This document shows positions 61,758 through 64,000 of a DNA stretch of 64,000 bases, piece after piece. The stretch comes from Octopus vulgaris. Its lineage: Eukaryota. The translations under genes were made by a program, and so were the position numbers. The notes under the pieces are model-generated. The model saw only the letters and a program-made list of their open reading frames with translations, made no database searches and was not told where the DNA came from. How positions within the stretch are numbered: position 1 is the stretch's first letter; the number at the start of each line of letters is the position of its first letter. The DNA lies in the NCBI GenBank assembly GCA_951406725.2, contig OX597822.1, forward strand, positions 106,640,001-106,704,000. Reading direction: 5' to 3'.

Positions 61758-64000
61758 GCATGGAAAACGGACGTTAAACGACGATGACGACCAGGCTGTG
61801 TGTTGTGTTCTTGAGCAATTCACTTTAATTTTCATGTTGCTCCAGTTCACTCAGCTGTAGAAATGATTTGTGACGTCACTGGTGCCAAGCTGTATCGGTC
61901 TTTGCCTTTCCCTTGGATAACATCAGTGGCGTGGAGAGAGTAGGCTGGTGTGCATGGACGACTGCTGGTCTTCCATAAACAACCTTTCCTGGACTTGTGT
62001 CTTGAAGGGGAACTTTGTAGGTGCAATCCCATGGTCATTCATGGCCGGAGGTGTCTTTACCCTTTACCGTGTGATGGACTGGCATCCAAGGGTGAAATGG
62101 TGACTCAAGAAAATCACCTGAAAGGAGGTCTTGCAACTCACATTTTGTATTCTGCGAATAAAAGAGTGAATAACACAATCTATTCTGTAAACCTTGACTG
62201 TATGAGATTCATCATCATCATCATCATCATCATTTAACGTCCGCTTTCCATGCTAACATGGGTTGGACAGTTCGACTGGGGTCTGGGAAGCCAGGAGGCT
62301 GCACCAGGCCCAGTCTGATCTGGCAATGTTTCTACAGCTGGATGCCCTTCCTAACGCCAACCACTCCATGAGTGTAGTGGGTGCTTTTTACGTGCCAGGC
62401 GAGGCTGGCAACGGCCACGATCTGTTGGTGCTTTTTACTTGCCACTGGCACGGAGGCCAGTCGAGGCAGGACTGGCAACGACCACGTTTGGATGGTTCTT
62501 TTACGTGCCACCGGCACTGGTATCACAACTACAATTTCCATTGACTTTTGATCGATTTCGATTTCACTTCCCTCAACAGGTCTTCGCAAGCAGAGTTTTG
62601 TATCTCAAGAAGGAACGGCATGCATAAGTGGACTGGTTATGTCAAAGATCAATCAATCAGTGACTAAATTGATTAGAATAAATTGTGGTTATCTGTCATT
62701 ATTCTGTCAGTCATTATCAGTTCAATTGATTAAAGTGTTTTTCAACCAATAGAAAATATCAGTACTTCCTTCATAACTAATTACATTAGTTCCTTGGTTT
62801 TTATTTACTGATAAGTAAAACAAATGAAATTATTTTTTTTCTCTGTGTGTTTTTCTTCGTTTTCTTTCTCTGTGAAATTCAATATTTTGAGTGCGTCGTA
62901 GCCTTTTCTTTTCTGTACCTTCTTCATAATGTGCTTTTCCTGTCTAAAACATGGGCGGGAAAAAGTAAAGTCAGTGATATTTATACGATCTCACTTTGTC
63001 TTTATATTACACCATTGTTGTTTGTTTTTATTGTGACTCCTTTCTATCGTCTCATTTCCTTGTGGTCCTTCTCTGTTACAAACCATCCTCTCATAAACTC
63101 ACTGTTGTTATTTCAAACCTCCTCTATCATTCTGTCTGTTTTTGTTCCCAATTCCATTGCCACCATCTTGGTCTTCTTTTCAGCTGCTTCCTCCACCTAC
63201 CCTTATGTAATGCTGGGGTGGCCATATATTTTCTTTATAACATGACAACCGTACCTGTTTCTTTATCATACTTTAACCTATCAATGCCTAGTATATATTT
63301 CTTTAGTACCCACAAGGGGCTAAACATAGAAGGGACAAACAAGGTCAGACAGACAGATTAAGTCGATTATATCGACCCCAGTGCGCAACTGGTACTTAAT
63401 TTATCGACCCCGAAAGGATGAAAGGCAAAGTCGACCTTGGCGGAATCTATCAATGCCTAGTATAAAGCCACCCCCACCTCCACTGCACCTCCACTTTGTT
63501 GAGAGGTCTTTAGTTTGTCTTGTGAGTTTTTTGGTGACTTGTGTCTTGCTATAAAGACAATAGTTGTGAAAAAAGCATCAATGTCATTTTTTCATTTTCA
63601 ATTTTCTGTGGAAATATGTCTGATCATTGGGGGGAAATACCTTACTTGGAAATAGGAGAGTTGGATATAGGAAAGGCATCTGTCCCAGTGTCACAAAAAG
63701 AAAAGCACCCAGGTCGTGAGCTAGCAGAAACGTTAGCACGCCAGCCAAAATACATAGCGGTATTTTGTCTGCCCTTACGTTCTGAGTTCAAATTCCACCG
63801 AGGTGGACTTTGCCTTTCATCTTTTCGAGGTCGATAAATTAAGTACCAGTTACGCAGTGGGATCGATGTAATCGACTTAATATCTATTTGTCTGTCCTTG
63901 TTTGTCCTCTCTGTGTTTAGCTCCTTGTGGGTAGTAAAGAAATAGGTATTGAGAATGGTATCCTGCAGAAGCAGACATTGGAGCTTGACACTGCTCTCTG

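Overview
AT-rich, repeat-dense animal DNA. The SINE, LINE and microsatellite content points to an octopus/coleoid cephalopod (inference). Two divergently oriented multi-exon genes are present. On the - strand are the first four coding exons of an aminopeptidase O (AOPEP) orthologue (11667->1538, running off the left end). On the + strand are the first six coding exons of a SPAG1/DNAAF13 orthologue (39274/40008->59752, running off the right end). All reconstructed junctions are GT-AG with matching phases. Introns and the intergenic region hold several SINE families, LINE fragments (CR1, RTE, RTE-X, R4/Dong), a Penelope-like GIY-YIG remnant, Helitron-like elements, and mariner, hAT, piggyBac and Merlin-type DNA elements. 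Main observations: (1) five type I hammerhead ribozyme motifs from several repeat families, most with a palindromic stem III, four of them sense-oriented in host introns, and one at the tip of a long hairpin in a retrozyme-like structured module; (2) the SPAG1 start-codon exon is duplicated with 100% identity around an (AAT)n-associated repeat, like a giant target-site duplication; (3) an RFX X-box upstream of SPAG1; (4) inverted SINE pairs bracketing exons. All coordinates were read by eye and repeat boundaries are approximate. Most short ORFs in the supplied track are repeat-derived noise.
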